NCBI GenBank assembly: GCA_964035545.1
Contig: OZ037765.1
Location: 18,662,995-18,726,994 of the forward strand
Direction: 5' to 3'
DNA from: Bugula neritina
Lineage: Eukaryota > Animalia > Bryozoa
DNA: 64,000 bases
In this document: positions 38,306-49,900 of the stretch, piece after piece
How positions within the stretch are numbered: the stretch's first letter is position 1
Layout of the letters: the number at the start of each line of letters is the position of its first letter
Position numbers and translations under genes: made by a program
Notes under the pieces: model-generated
Databases searched by the model: none
Seen by the model: only the letters and a program-made list of their open reading frames with translations
Told to the model about the DNA's origin: nothing

Positions 38306-41300
38306 TCAATGATATTTCATCCACAAAATGCCTAGTAAGCTGCCAATAAATGTTGAACTCAAGTAGGCATATCGGCCAAAGGGAAAAGCCAAACAAGTCA
38401 AAGTGACACATGTGTTAAACAGAGTGTGTGGCAGTGTTTGAGACCATTTGCTGACTGGAACAAGTTCCGCTTTTCCTTCTTCAAACTGACCAGTAGCAAG
38501 AAAATTTTCCATCAACCTACAAAGTTTGGTAAAACTAGGCATTAGACATAATTGACTGCTGTTAGATACCAACCTTTTAAGTACCCAGATTTGGAGTCAT
38601 AAATGTGACAAAGCAGAGGTAAAAATTAGCCTGTAAACTAACTCGTAATGAAATGCTGGTTGTTAATTTAAATTAAAATACTTTGTAACTCCTAAAATGT
38701 TCAAATAAGGAATCCAACCTTTAGCATTCTAATAGAAGAAATCAACCGGTTTTCATATGAGTGATAAAATAATAGTAAACTTGTAAAATTAATACATACT
38801 TGTCTTTCCTTTCAAAGCAGAGATGCAACCACCTTCCTACTTCTTCTTCACTTTCATACGGTACGTCATTCATGTTAATTTTTCTAATATTTACGTGAAT
38901 TTTTGGGGAATACCCAAGAGCAAAGTCTATCATACCAGGTGCTTTTACTCTTGCATATCTTTCGGTGCTATTTGACCATTGCCTGGTGGCTTCGTAAGCA
39001 ATAGTAACATCATATACAGAGTTGAAATGAGAATGGAGATGATTCAGCGCTAAAAACATGCCTCTAGATCTAGGTGTCAAGTGATTTTCTAATACAGGCC
39101 AGCCTGAATAAAATTGAAATAATAATTATTATTCATAAATTCAGAGTCTTGGTTAAGTTGAGCAAAGTTACTCAAACTCAGTTAGTGAGTCAACTATTAT
39201 AAGAAATATCATTACATATCACAGTCACTTTGATTAAGCTGCACAAAAAGTTACATGTTAACCTTAATGCACACCAAACAATCTTGGTAATTACATATTA
39301 TACGTAAAAAAGGTTTCGTTACCAAAACGTACCTTTATCCTGTGCAAATTTTTGGCTTTTGACAATGGTGCTTGTTTTTACTGGATCAAACCTAGTGCCT
39401 TCAGGAAATATTGTCAGCCATGTCTATAATTAATTAATGTTTATGTCAGATATTTGCAAATGTTGATCTGGCAAACAGTTCAACAATAAAAAATATTAAG
39501 AGAAACATTTTATAAAGTTTGAAATGTGTTCAAAAAGGCTAGCAAAAGTAATATCTTAAAATTTGTTTTTCAACAAAAATTAAATTAACAGCAGTACAAA
39601 ACCAGGAATCGCTAAAAGCAGCACAAAGTTGGAGTCATTGTGTACAGCTATTGCATGTCAACACATTGTTGTCCAAACTTCAAACCCCCAGCTTCAAATC
39701 CAATAACTCCACCCCTCCCCCGGAATCACTGCGCTCAGTGACTAAAAACTTGTGCTGGTTCTAGCAAGATCCTAAAAATCCAGTGGACACTATCCTGACA
39801 TGACAGAAAGTTTCAAGTATCAACAAACATGTTCCAAATCTATACATTTGGAGCATGCTTGTAAGAGTTATGGTCTGGTGGTTATAAGTGCCAACTATGT
39901 ACTGAGCTGACAAACCCTCATACAACAATTGGTGATAACAGGGAAACCGTCGATTCATAATTGCATTTAAACAGCAGCAAGCCATATTGTAGGATAGTTT
40001 GAGACAAAAAGTATATAACCTGCTTAAAGGAAAGATTGTTAAATTTTCCCTGGATATGGTAACTATAAACAAATATGAGTTTTCTATGTGCTCAAGAATT
40101 GCAAGTGCCTAGTAAATGGCAAAGGAACTTTAGTATAATGCTGAAACGACTACAAGCAGACACATTTGCTAACCTCAAAAACATGCAATTTTGACAGAAA
40201 CACAAAAATAAAAGCAGGTTAAATGTTAATTGAATATAAATCATATGAAAATACTCTGTTTATTGTTTTTAATATGATTATGCTAATATTTTGGTGAAGT
40301 GATATGTTATCATGCACAATCATTTGATAAAATAAACTTTTAAACGGTAAATGGCAATATTTACTTCAATCTTGCTTTTCTGTACTCAACAAAATTGCAT
40401 ATACATTTTTACAGCTCTTGAAGTAGATGGAACTAAATGAATAGCTCAGACTTTTACTGCTAGTTGTATGACTTTTACTTTAGAATAAATATTACTGGTA
40501 CCACCATATTAGATAAAGAAAAAATACTAACAATTAACAACAAACTGTTTTACAAGCATGTTTCAGCAACTTGAAGGAAATTACTCTAAATGTTTATTAG
40601 AAAACTTATTACTATTCTCAGCATTTAGACAAGCTGTTGCACCAATATTGTAGATACTTGGTAGTGAGACTATTAAATAATTCACTATAAAATGTCAAGT
40701 GTGATGAATGCTTGTGTGTGCAATTTTCAACTTGCTCATTTGTATACCCAGTTCTCAAATCCCAATGGTAGCAGATAATACTTAGTAGACAATATTCAAT
40801 TGCTTGAAATTTCTATAACTATTATTAAAACTAAGCCACCAGTTTGATAAAAATCAATACTTACAGGCAGATTATTATTTTTAAGATACTTCAGCTGGTT
40901 TATTGTTTTCCTTTCATCAAAACTACCAAATCTTCCTACATTTATACAACTGTGCTGTCAAAGAAAATCGAAAATTCAACATTAAAAGCATTTATCAATC
41001 CAACATGCTAGAATTTTGAAGGTACACCATCATTATAGCCAACATTATTTAAAATAAAACTATCAATAATAGATCTTATTTGTTGACTAAGCAGAAAACT
41101 GTTGGTTGAAGAGATAGCGGTTGTGGGACAAGTGCCCTTTAAATCGTCAAAACCAGAATCTGCAATTCCTTAAACAATGTGAAGCTTAAAACATACCTGC
41201 CAAAAATACAAACCAAAAAATGGTATGTATTTCAGCTCATCTTTGTGCATAAATCTAATTCGCCCCAAGAGATCTTGTTTAATTGCCAACATGTCGACAA

Positions 41301-42724
41301 CGATCCAATCAACTATAGAAAAAGTCAACAGTTACTAGGTTGAATTAAATAAACTATCATTAAAATGAGGTTGAAAATCATGAAATGATGATGTGAATGT
41401 TGGTTCCACAAATAATGACGACATTCATCATCTGCAGCATTTTTATTTCAATAACAATATTATTTGTAGATAGTATATGTAAGAAAAACATGTAAGCTAT
41501 TCACAGCTCATATTTTTCAGCACAACTTGTAAAATAGTCATGATTAGCCAATCATTATTCAAGTAGACCCACCACTAGTTTGATGATTAGATATGTACAG
41601 AGCATTTTCATCAGAGGAAAAAAACTCTTCATAGTCTCCAGTGTAGGCAATCTACATAAAAATTCAAGTATAAAATACATCATGCTCATAGTAAGATACT
41701 GGGTGCAAGCAGATTTGAATTTGGTGTTGGTAGTTTTAGTTAATGTACATATGTAAGCTCATGATACTATTAAATATGTTGAAAAATATTTATCTTATTG
41801 ATATATATGATGAATATTACAAAGGACTACAGTTAACATCAATCTGCAGTTCAAATCTTCTGGAGAGATTGTTGGTAACTTCTTCAAAGTCAATTGAGTA
41901 AAGAAGCAATATACATTATCATTAAGATTACTGTTTACTCATTGCCCATTGGTGTATTAGATTTTTTGATAATGTCAATGTATATTTACATTGCGTTCAT
42001 TCATTACTCAATGAAATCTATTGTATGATTATATTTATTGTTTTATAATCGATAACGAGTGTAAACTTAAAACAAGAAAAACTAAATAACTATCGATATC
42101 ATTTTGATCTGATTATCCTTATGATTACTACGAGCATGACTATCAGACTTACTCTCAGAGTACTATATTACTGTCCAACTAAAGTAAAAGAACCATTAAC
42201 AACACATTAACTTTAACTTTTAAGTTAATCATCAAGTTTAATTATAAATTTAATATTAATACTAATAGTTGATTAGTCTAATTTAAATCGAAAAAAATTA
42301 AATGTTATAATTTCAATAACTAATTTAAAAGTTTGATTTTACACTATGTATAATCACAATGACTTGATTACAATGACTAAAGAGCGCATGAAAAATATAA
42401 ATATAAAATAACATATAATATAAAATATCATTTCTATATTATTAAATGAAATTGAATCATAATCGTAATGATAATCATAATGGTTTTCTAGTTACTTTAT
42501 CATACCTGGGCACCATTCATGTTTGAAAAAAAGAAAAGCACTGTCCGTTGAAAATTTGACCATATACACTCATCAATATATTCAAACGTTAAAGAAGGCA
42601 ATACGGGTTTGAGAAAATTTAATAATTGAATGGAAGAGTAAATGATAGGCGATGGAGCAACTGTAATAACTGCAGGGACTATCCATCGGGTTTTGTGAAA
42701 AACCCAAACTCCAGCGAAGATCAT
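38306..42724 (-). CDS. AGPAT5: 1-acyl-sn-glycerol-3-phosphate acyltransferase epsilon-like, 7 exons, ~369 aa
   Basis: Exons 42506-42724, 41573-41651, 41197-41312, 40865-40954, 39333-39423, 38800-39103, 38306-38516. Total 1110 nt in frame. PlsC motifs NHQTSVDW and IFPEGTRF; also LTPRSRG, SVYDVTIAY, WLHLCFERKD. Confidence 0.92.
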
Positions 42725-43972
42725 ACTGAATTTATTATATCCTTGAGCTCATATACCCAGCTAGTATTGCATTGCTTCAACCTAATATATTATGATTATT
42801 AGAATAATCAGTTGTACGACAGATAGAAAATTGAAAAGTCTAACTAAATAATAGCTGTAAGCATGCTGTTTCCGTCCTTTTGACCTAGTTATGACTCAAC
42901 TGTAAACAATCAAACGATATTTTTTATTTACATTTTAGACAAATACATTTTATAAAAAAATGTAACAATACAAACATTTTAAACAATTTTTTATGCGTTA
43001 TTTTTTTAACATAGATAAGTTGGCTATGCAAAACATTTTAAATTGGTTTTGGAGTCTTTAAAATACTAAAAAGAGCATGCGCGAATTATTAACTATTGCA
43101 TTGTGGACAACTTTAGCCTTTTGGGTAAGTAATCCCAGAATTCAATCCTTTATTATAAATACGGCATGTCAGTTTGCTCTACTCATACAACCGTCAAATA
43201 GTCATGTGTATCAGATAGAGTCATTTTACTTCTGCCTTGCGCTTTCAATCACTTCAGTGCTAGTTTAGTTTGATAAATTGTGTGATGTCATAAATTTAGC
43301 AATTGTGGCATGGCGATCATTATGATTATAATATAGAGTTATCTTCTAACTTCTAAGCTTGTTGCTCGGTTACTATGCTCGAGTATGGCGTAGCAGTGCG
43401 TATTCTTCGCTGGCCAATATATTATGTGTAAATAGTTGTCTTCTCTTATACAGACTATGGCAAGTAAATACAACTCCCCAATATATTATCATTCTGCTCA
43501 CTAATACTAATAGAGTGATATATTTGTGAGCATGAACAAATAAATGTGATGATTAAGTAAAACATGTTCATGTTGATGTTGCTGCCTCTCCAGGTTTATG
43601 AGTGCCTGCTACAGTGTGATAACTGGTAACCCATATTTGTGGTATATTCCACATTTTATATTGCAGTCCAAGTCCAAATGTCATCAGCAATGTCAAAGCT
43701 GAATACTTGTGGAACAGTATTTTTTGTAAAATTTAAATGCAGTTGCATTATATTCTTTATTTGGTGTATTGAATTTCATAACATTGCTTCATAGTGTAGT
43801 TGTGCTTTTACATTTATATACTGACAATAAATCTAGTCATGTATAGCAAGTGATTAAACAACTATATATGTGTAAATACAAATAGTGAAATACCTAGTTT
43901 TTTAAATTTAAACTCTGTGCTTGCATATTTAGCCTTGTTGGAGAAGAAAGTTATCAACTCATCATCTCACTC

Positions 43973-46900
43973 ATGGAAACGACAGACCAAACGTTGCATG
44001 TTGACAGCTCTGCTGACATGGGGCCATTGCTAATGCATGAGGTATGTAACTATGTTTATTGTAAGCAACATGAAGTATTGGTAGACCTCTATAAGGTGTA
44101 ACTTACATTTTTGCACTTTATTCCAAGAGCCTGTAACTGGCTCATAATTGTATGAAAGGTGGAATTGTAAAACATAAATTTGATGTACAGTAGTTGTCTT
44201 TTCATAGCAAATCATTATTGGCCAACAATTACTCAAATCACTCCATAACCGATGGCATCATAATCTTCTACATGTACATACATTTGACCCATTTTATAGA
44301 ATGCAATAAATATAGATTGTTTGATTGCTAAGTGACCTTCTAATATATTTATTTATTGAATTTATTTTTACCAACTTCCACATGAATTATTGATTTATTT
44401 TGGTGCAATTTCAACTTTAATAATATGCTTAACTTAAGGAAATATGCTAAAATAAGAAACCACTTGTCTTACTGTTGTTTTTCAGTTAATATAATATGTT
44501 GGTTAATATAATAAAATTACAAAATTTTACCACTCAATAGAGGCTTTTCACAAGCCCTCTGGGGACATTTGTATTTTGAAGTTGTCTCCTCCCAGAAGGG
44601 CGAAGTGTAGTCTCCATGATATATAGAACAAGCACATAAAATCAGTAGAAATTTAAGGTTTGTGGGAAGACTATTGCTAGTACCAGTTTTATTTTTTCTG
44701 AGATTAATATTTTGGCATAAGCACACAGGTTAGCAGTTCCAGAAAATTTTTAAAAATTTTCTTTCTTCAAAAATCTTGAGAAAAATTAACTTCAAAGCAT
44801 GTTTGTGGTTTTGGTTACTGCATGAGCAAGTTGAATTGGCAACTATGAGATAAGTCCCATTAATCATTTGTTATGCTGGCTGTCATATTTAATTTATAGC
44901 TGTTGACCTTTCAACTCTTTGGTCAGAATGTGCTGTTAACACAGTGTTAGAGCACTGCTACTCTGCTAGTGCACTGAATGAGACAGCAGATTAGCTGTGT
45001 TAGCATTTTCATTACACTTACACACTTATGCTATGAGAATAGCTAGACTATAACCTCAACATCCATCATTTTCACAAAAAGCATTTTCACAAAGCTATAG
45101 ATATATATTAAATAGACAGATTAAATTTGTAGTATAGAACGAATATGAAATGTGCTTTGATACATGTCGGTTAATTTTCTAATACAGGTTAAATGCATCT
45201 ATTGCAATTGTAACAATTGTGCTCAAATAAATATATATCTAGATAATTTAATCAGAAACCGAGATAGCCTTTTAGCAGTTGGCATTCAGGCCCTTGGGTT
45301 ACAGCTTTGTTATTTCTTAATTATGCCTGTGGCTTGTAGCATTTAGGAGCATGCAGTAGTGAAGAAATTGAGATAGCCTAAGTTCTTTAACTTTCTTTAC
45401 GAATGTTGGTGTTGCGTATAACACAACTTTTTTGCTACATTTCTAATCTAGAAAAAAGGCTTTTCTCAATTTCTCCATTAGTACTGCATCTACCTTGTGT
45501 GTAGTAGTCATCTCCGTCAACTGCGGTAGATTCAAGATCCTAGTTAATGTATGGTAGGTTAAATTATAGTTATATAATAAAATGGATATACAATATAAAA
45601 TAGGTAAACTAAGCTAATCACTACTGCACCTGAAAGCCCAAGTTTCCCAATTCATCAAATTGCAGCATAAACTGAATTCTCTGACAATTACTTTAGAAGG
45701 AAATTCTGGTTGAAAAGTATTAAGCAGATTCTTACAAGTGAAGCAGTGAAAGCATGTTGATAAAATTTGGTTATTAACATTTTGCTTGGGTTTTCAGTTA
45801 AACTGTTTAATGTTATAGCTTCTCAACTTCTCATGCTTCAAATATCATGAGCTAGTGTTATTGACACTCAACTGCAGTTATGCAACTAGCTTGGCTGATC
45901 CCATGGGTCACAAAATGTTATAAAATATAAAGCCTTTCTTAAATTTGAGACTCATATTTGAATGACATAAAATTTTAGAGGTTGGCTATAAGTCACGGCA
46001 GCACCAATTAGAATATTACAGCTCTTATCTTAAAATAGGCATGCGCGGGGATATGTAAGTTAAAATCAAGTATAACATTTCAATTAAATCTTTTAAATAA
46101 AACTATTAGACCTGTTGTAAAATATGCAATGAAGATTTAGAGCAGACAAAATATTTCAAGATGGATCGATACTGAATGAAAAGATGCCTGCCTAAATATA
46201 AAGTATTTTTAATAAATTTTTGCATAAACTGAGCTTTGCTTTTCTTGGTAATATTTTTCTTTTAAAGAAGTTTTAGCCATAACATGAAACTATGTAGGCC
46301 TAAAGCATTTACGGTCTTTTGAACATAATGTAGCACAAACTCTTCAAAGTGTAATTAAGTGCACATGCTATCACGCATCATTTTGATACTACAAATTTAA
46401 TCTGTCTATATTTAATATATATCTATAGCTTTGTGAAAATGCTTTTTGTGAAAATGATGGATGTTGAGGTTATAGTCTAGCTATTATCATAGCATAAGTG
46501 TGTAAGTGTAATGAAAATGCTAACACAGCTAATCTGCTGTCTCATTCAGTGCACTAGCAGAGTAGCAGTGCTCTAACACTGTGTTAACAGCACATTCTGA
46601 CCAAAGAGTTGAAAGGTCAACAGCTATAAATTGAATATGACAGCCAGCATAACAAATGATTAATGGGACTTATCTCATAGTTGCCAATTCAGCTTGCTCA
46701 TGCAGTAACCAAAACCACAAACATGCTTTGAAGTTAATTTTTCTCAAGATTTTTGAAGAAAGAAAATTTTTAAAAATTTTCTGGAACTGCTAGCCTGTGT
46801 GCTTATGCTAAAATATCAATCTCAGAAAAAATGAAACTCGTACTAGCAATAGTCTTCACACAAACCTTAAATTTTTACTGATTTTATGTGCTTGTTCTAT

Positions 46901-49900
46901 ATATCATGGAGACTACACTTCGCCCTTCTGGGAGGAGACAACTTCAAAATACGAATGTCCCCAGAGGGCTTGTGAAAAGCCTCTATTTGAAAAGAAAATA
47001 GTATCTTCCATATTTCTAATTAGCTGTTTACTGTACACCCAAAGTATTCTATCAGCATTTAAAAAAATAAAAGGATTAAAATATTATAATTTTAAAATGC
47101 AGTATTAAAAGTAGGTGACAGTACAATATATGCATTTCCTGGCTATTTAAAAATCTCTCTTTACTACTTGTAGGATGAAAGTCCAGGTTTACCCACTTCT
47201 GAGCAGCACTCTTTGTTGTCTGACGTACAGCTTCCCAGTGACGGCTCCTTAATCTCCCCAGAGGTTGATAAATGTAAGTAATTGAACAGTTGTTGGTATA
47301 ATTTGATGACAGGTTGTGCTACCAGTTGCTGGTTGCAGTTAAACTTTTACTATTTGTACGAGTGGCCAAAAGTTACCTATAAAATAGGTGAAGCTATCAT
47401 TTGTGGAAACTGGATTGCCAAATTGACTGTCTCAGCCAGATATTGGCCGAAGTAAAGTAATACTGTTATAGTTTTATTGAAAGTTTCTGAAGTCTAAACA
47501 AGAGATAAAAAGATTGACCTGTTTATTAATGAGAATGTAGACCTGCTACTATAGCCATTGTATACAGGGCTGTCTGTTAACTATTGACAGGTGGTGTTGT
47601 GGAATCAGTTCAGGATCAGAGCTTCAAGTTTCATGATGGTCAGCCGGTGACTCTGGAGGACGGTACTGCGGCTTATGTACACTCTACATATAAAGGTATT
47701 AGTAGGTGTATTGTATGTACACTCTACATATAAAGGTATTAGTAGGTGTATTGTATGTGCACTCTACATATAAAGGTATTAGTAGGTGTATTGTATGTAC
47801 ACTCTACATATAAAGGTATTAGTAGGTGTATTGTATGTGCACTCTGCATATAAAGGTAGTAGTAGGTGTATTGTATGTACACTCTACATATAAAGGTAGT
47901 AGTAGGTGTATTGTATGTACACTCTACATATAAAGGTAGTAGTAGGTGTATTGTATGTACACTCTACATATAAAGGTAGTAGTAGGTGTATTGTATGTGC
48001 ACTCTGCATTTACACAGAATGTGTTTATATCTAACATATATATAGTCCATATTTGAAGGTAAATTAACTAGCACTAGTTTTATAGTGTATGTAGCTTCCT
48101 TACATCTAGAGTACTTATTCCATCAACCAGTTTCATAGGTTTTTGGTTAGGTTTTGCTTTGATGTTTTCAGCGGGATCTCAGCCAGTTGTGTTTGAAGAT
48201 GGCACTACCATGTATATCAGTCATGAGCACCCTGCCCACAATCCTAGTATTGATAACTCATCTCTGGGAATTCTCAACGACCTTCACCCGATCACTGAAG
48301 CTGAGGTAAGATGCCTGTGAAAGAAGCACACATTTTTAAAGGTATTTCTGCACATTTTAGACAACGTGTAAATAGCTAAGAGTAACCTGCTATTAGTAGC
48401 ATACTTTTGCACTAAAATGAATAGCTTTTGTTCAACCGAACAGTTTACAAAATACATCATATAAGCCTATATCTTATTTTTATTATAAATATTCTTTACT
48501 CCTGCCATCTAAAACTAATTCTATGAACTTCACATTACTTAACATAGTTGTGTGGCGGCTTCGTCATTAGATGCAAGCAATATAATATGTTAAACTATAA
48601 AAAAGGCAATGCAGAACATGATGGTATCAAAATCTGTAGGATAAGAGACTAGGTGCTGCCGCTGCCGTGAGTCTCCCTTCATCTGGACAAAAGCTGTATA
48701 AATGTGAGACTGAAGGGTGTAAGAAGGTGTACACAACACATCACCATCTGCAGGTATGCTAAAACCTTGTATCTTTGTAAGAATAACATGCTATAATGTA
48801 GATATAGATACAGTCTGTAGGTTACAGCGGTCATGTTTCAGTTAACTGGTTTATGACTTGATAATGAATTTTTTTTGGAAGGTATAGCTTAGTAGAGAGT
48901 GAAATACTTTGAGTTGTATTTTTTAGTACCATAGAAAAAGCCATTTAGAGAGAAAGCCGTTTGTGTGCGGCTACAGTGGGTGTAACAAGACCTTCTCTAC
49001 TAGTTACGGGTTAAAGAGTCACATTAGAGTACATACTGGGGAAAAGCCTTATAAATGCACTCATTGTCCTAAAGCTTTCAAAACATCTGGTGACCTTCAG
49101 AAACATATTAGGATACACACTGGTAAGATGTTTACTTTCTGCAAAGAAGTCTGGGTTGGATGATTCAGGTATAGGGAATTGCCGTCTTGGGTTGGAATGT
49201 TTGTTACATGTTTGCAGTCCACTCTACCGGGTATATTTCATATATTTGGTTTATAAAATGGAAGTTTTAGATTTATTCTTAAAGTTATACTGAGTGTCTT
49301 TCTATGACTACTAGTTATGTATGAATGATAGTTAAGAATACTTGCTTTTAAAGTAATATAAGAGCTTAGCTTTATATCTGTTCTACAGTAGAACTGCTAG
49401 AATTCTGTTCTTTTATTGTAAATGTGAAAAATATAAGTTAGCCAATTATAATGCCTAGTAAGCATGGTGAATATGAGGTCCATTTTCTAGGACCTTCCTT
49501 TCTGTCAAAAGACTAGTTTCTGCTTGTGAGGCTTTTTGGGAAGATTATCTCCTCCTGATCTAACAACTACTTCAGGCAGCTCTCGCTTATTTATAGTTCC
49601 AATGCCGTTGTATGAATAGTCTGTAACAAAAGTGGGTCACAAAAACAATAAACTGTTGACAGCGTGTTGCTGCAGGACCTATGGGTACCCTAGAGACTCT
49701 GCTGACACTGGAAGGCAATGCTGACTTATGTGGGCAGTCAGCTCTCCATATCTACCAGTTAGAGACCAAGTTTTACATGTACTTTCTGTGTTATTTGCAG
49801 GCGAGAAGCCATTCAAATGCCCGTTTCAGGGATGCGATAGGTCATTCACGACATCTAATATTAGAAAAGTCCATATACGAACTCATACTGGAGAGAAGCC

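Noticed and set aside
41385-41432. Small hairpin GATGATGTGAATGTTG...GACATTCATCATC
   Set aside because: Stem is too short and imperfect for a miRNA precursor.
43125-43485. ZNF143 autoregulatory sites (AATCCCAGAAT; AATACAACTCCCCAATAT) in the AGPAT5/ZNF143 promoter
   Set aside because: Only partial matches to the ACTACAATTCCCA/SBS consensus; cannot be separated from chance without a PWM scan.
47674-48009. CRISPR-like appearance of regular repeats
   Set aside because: Units are head-to-tail with no unique spacers, in a eukaryotic intron with no cas genes; it is a minisatellite.
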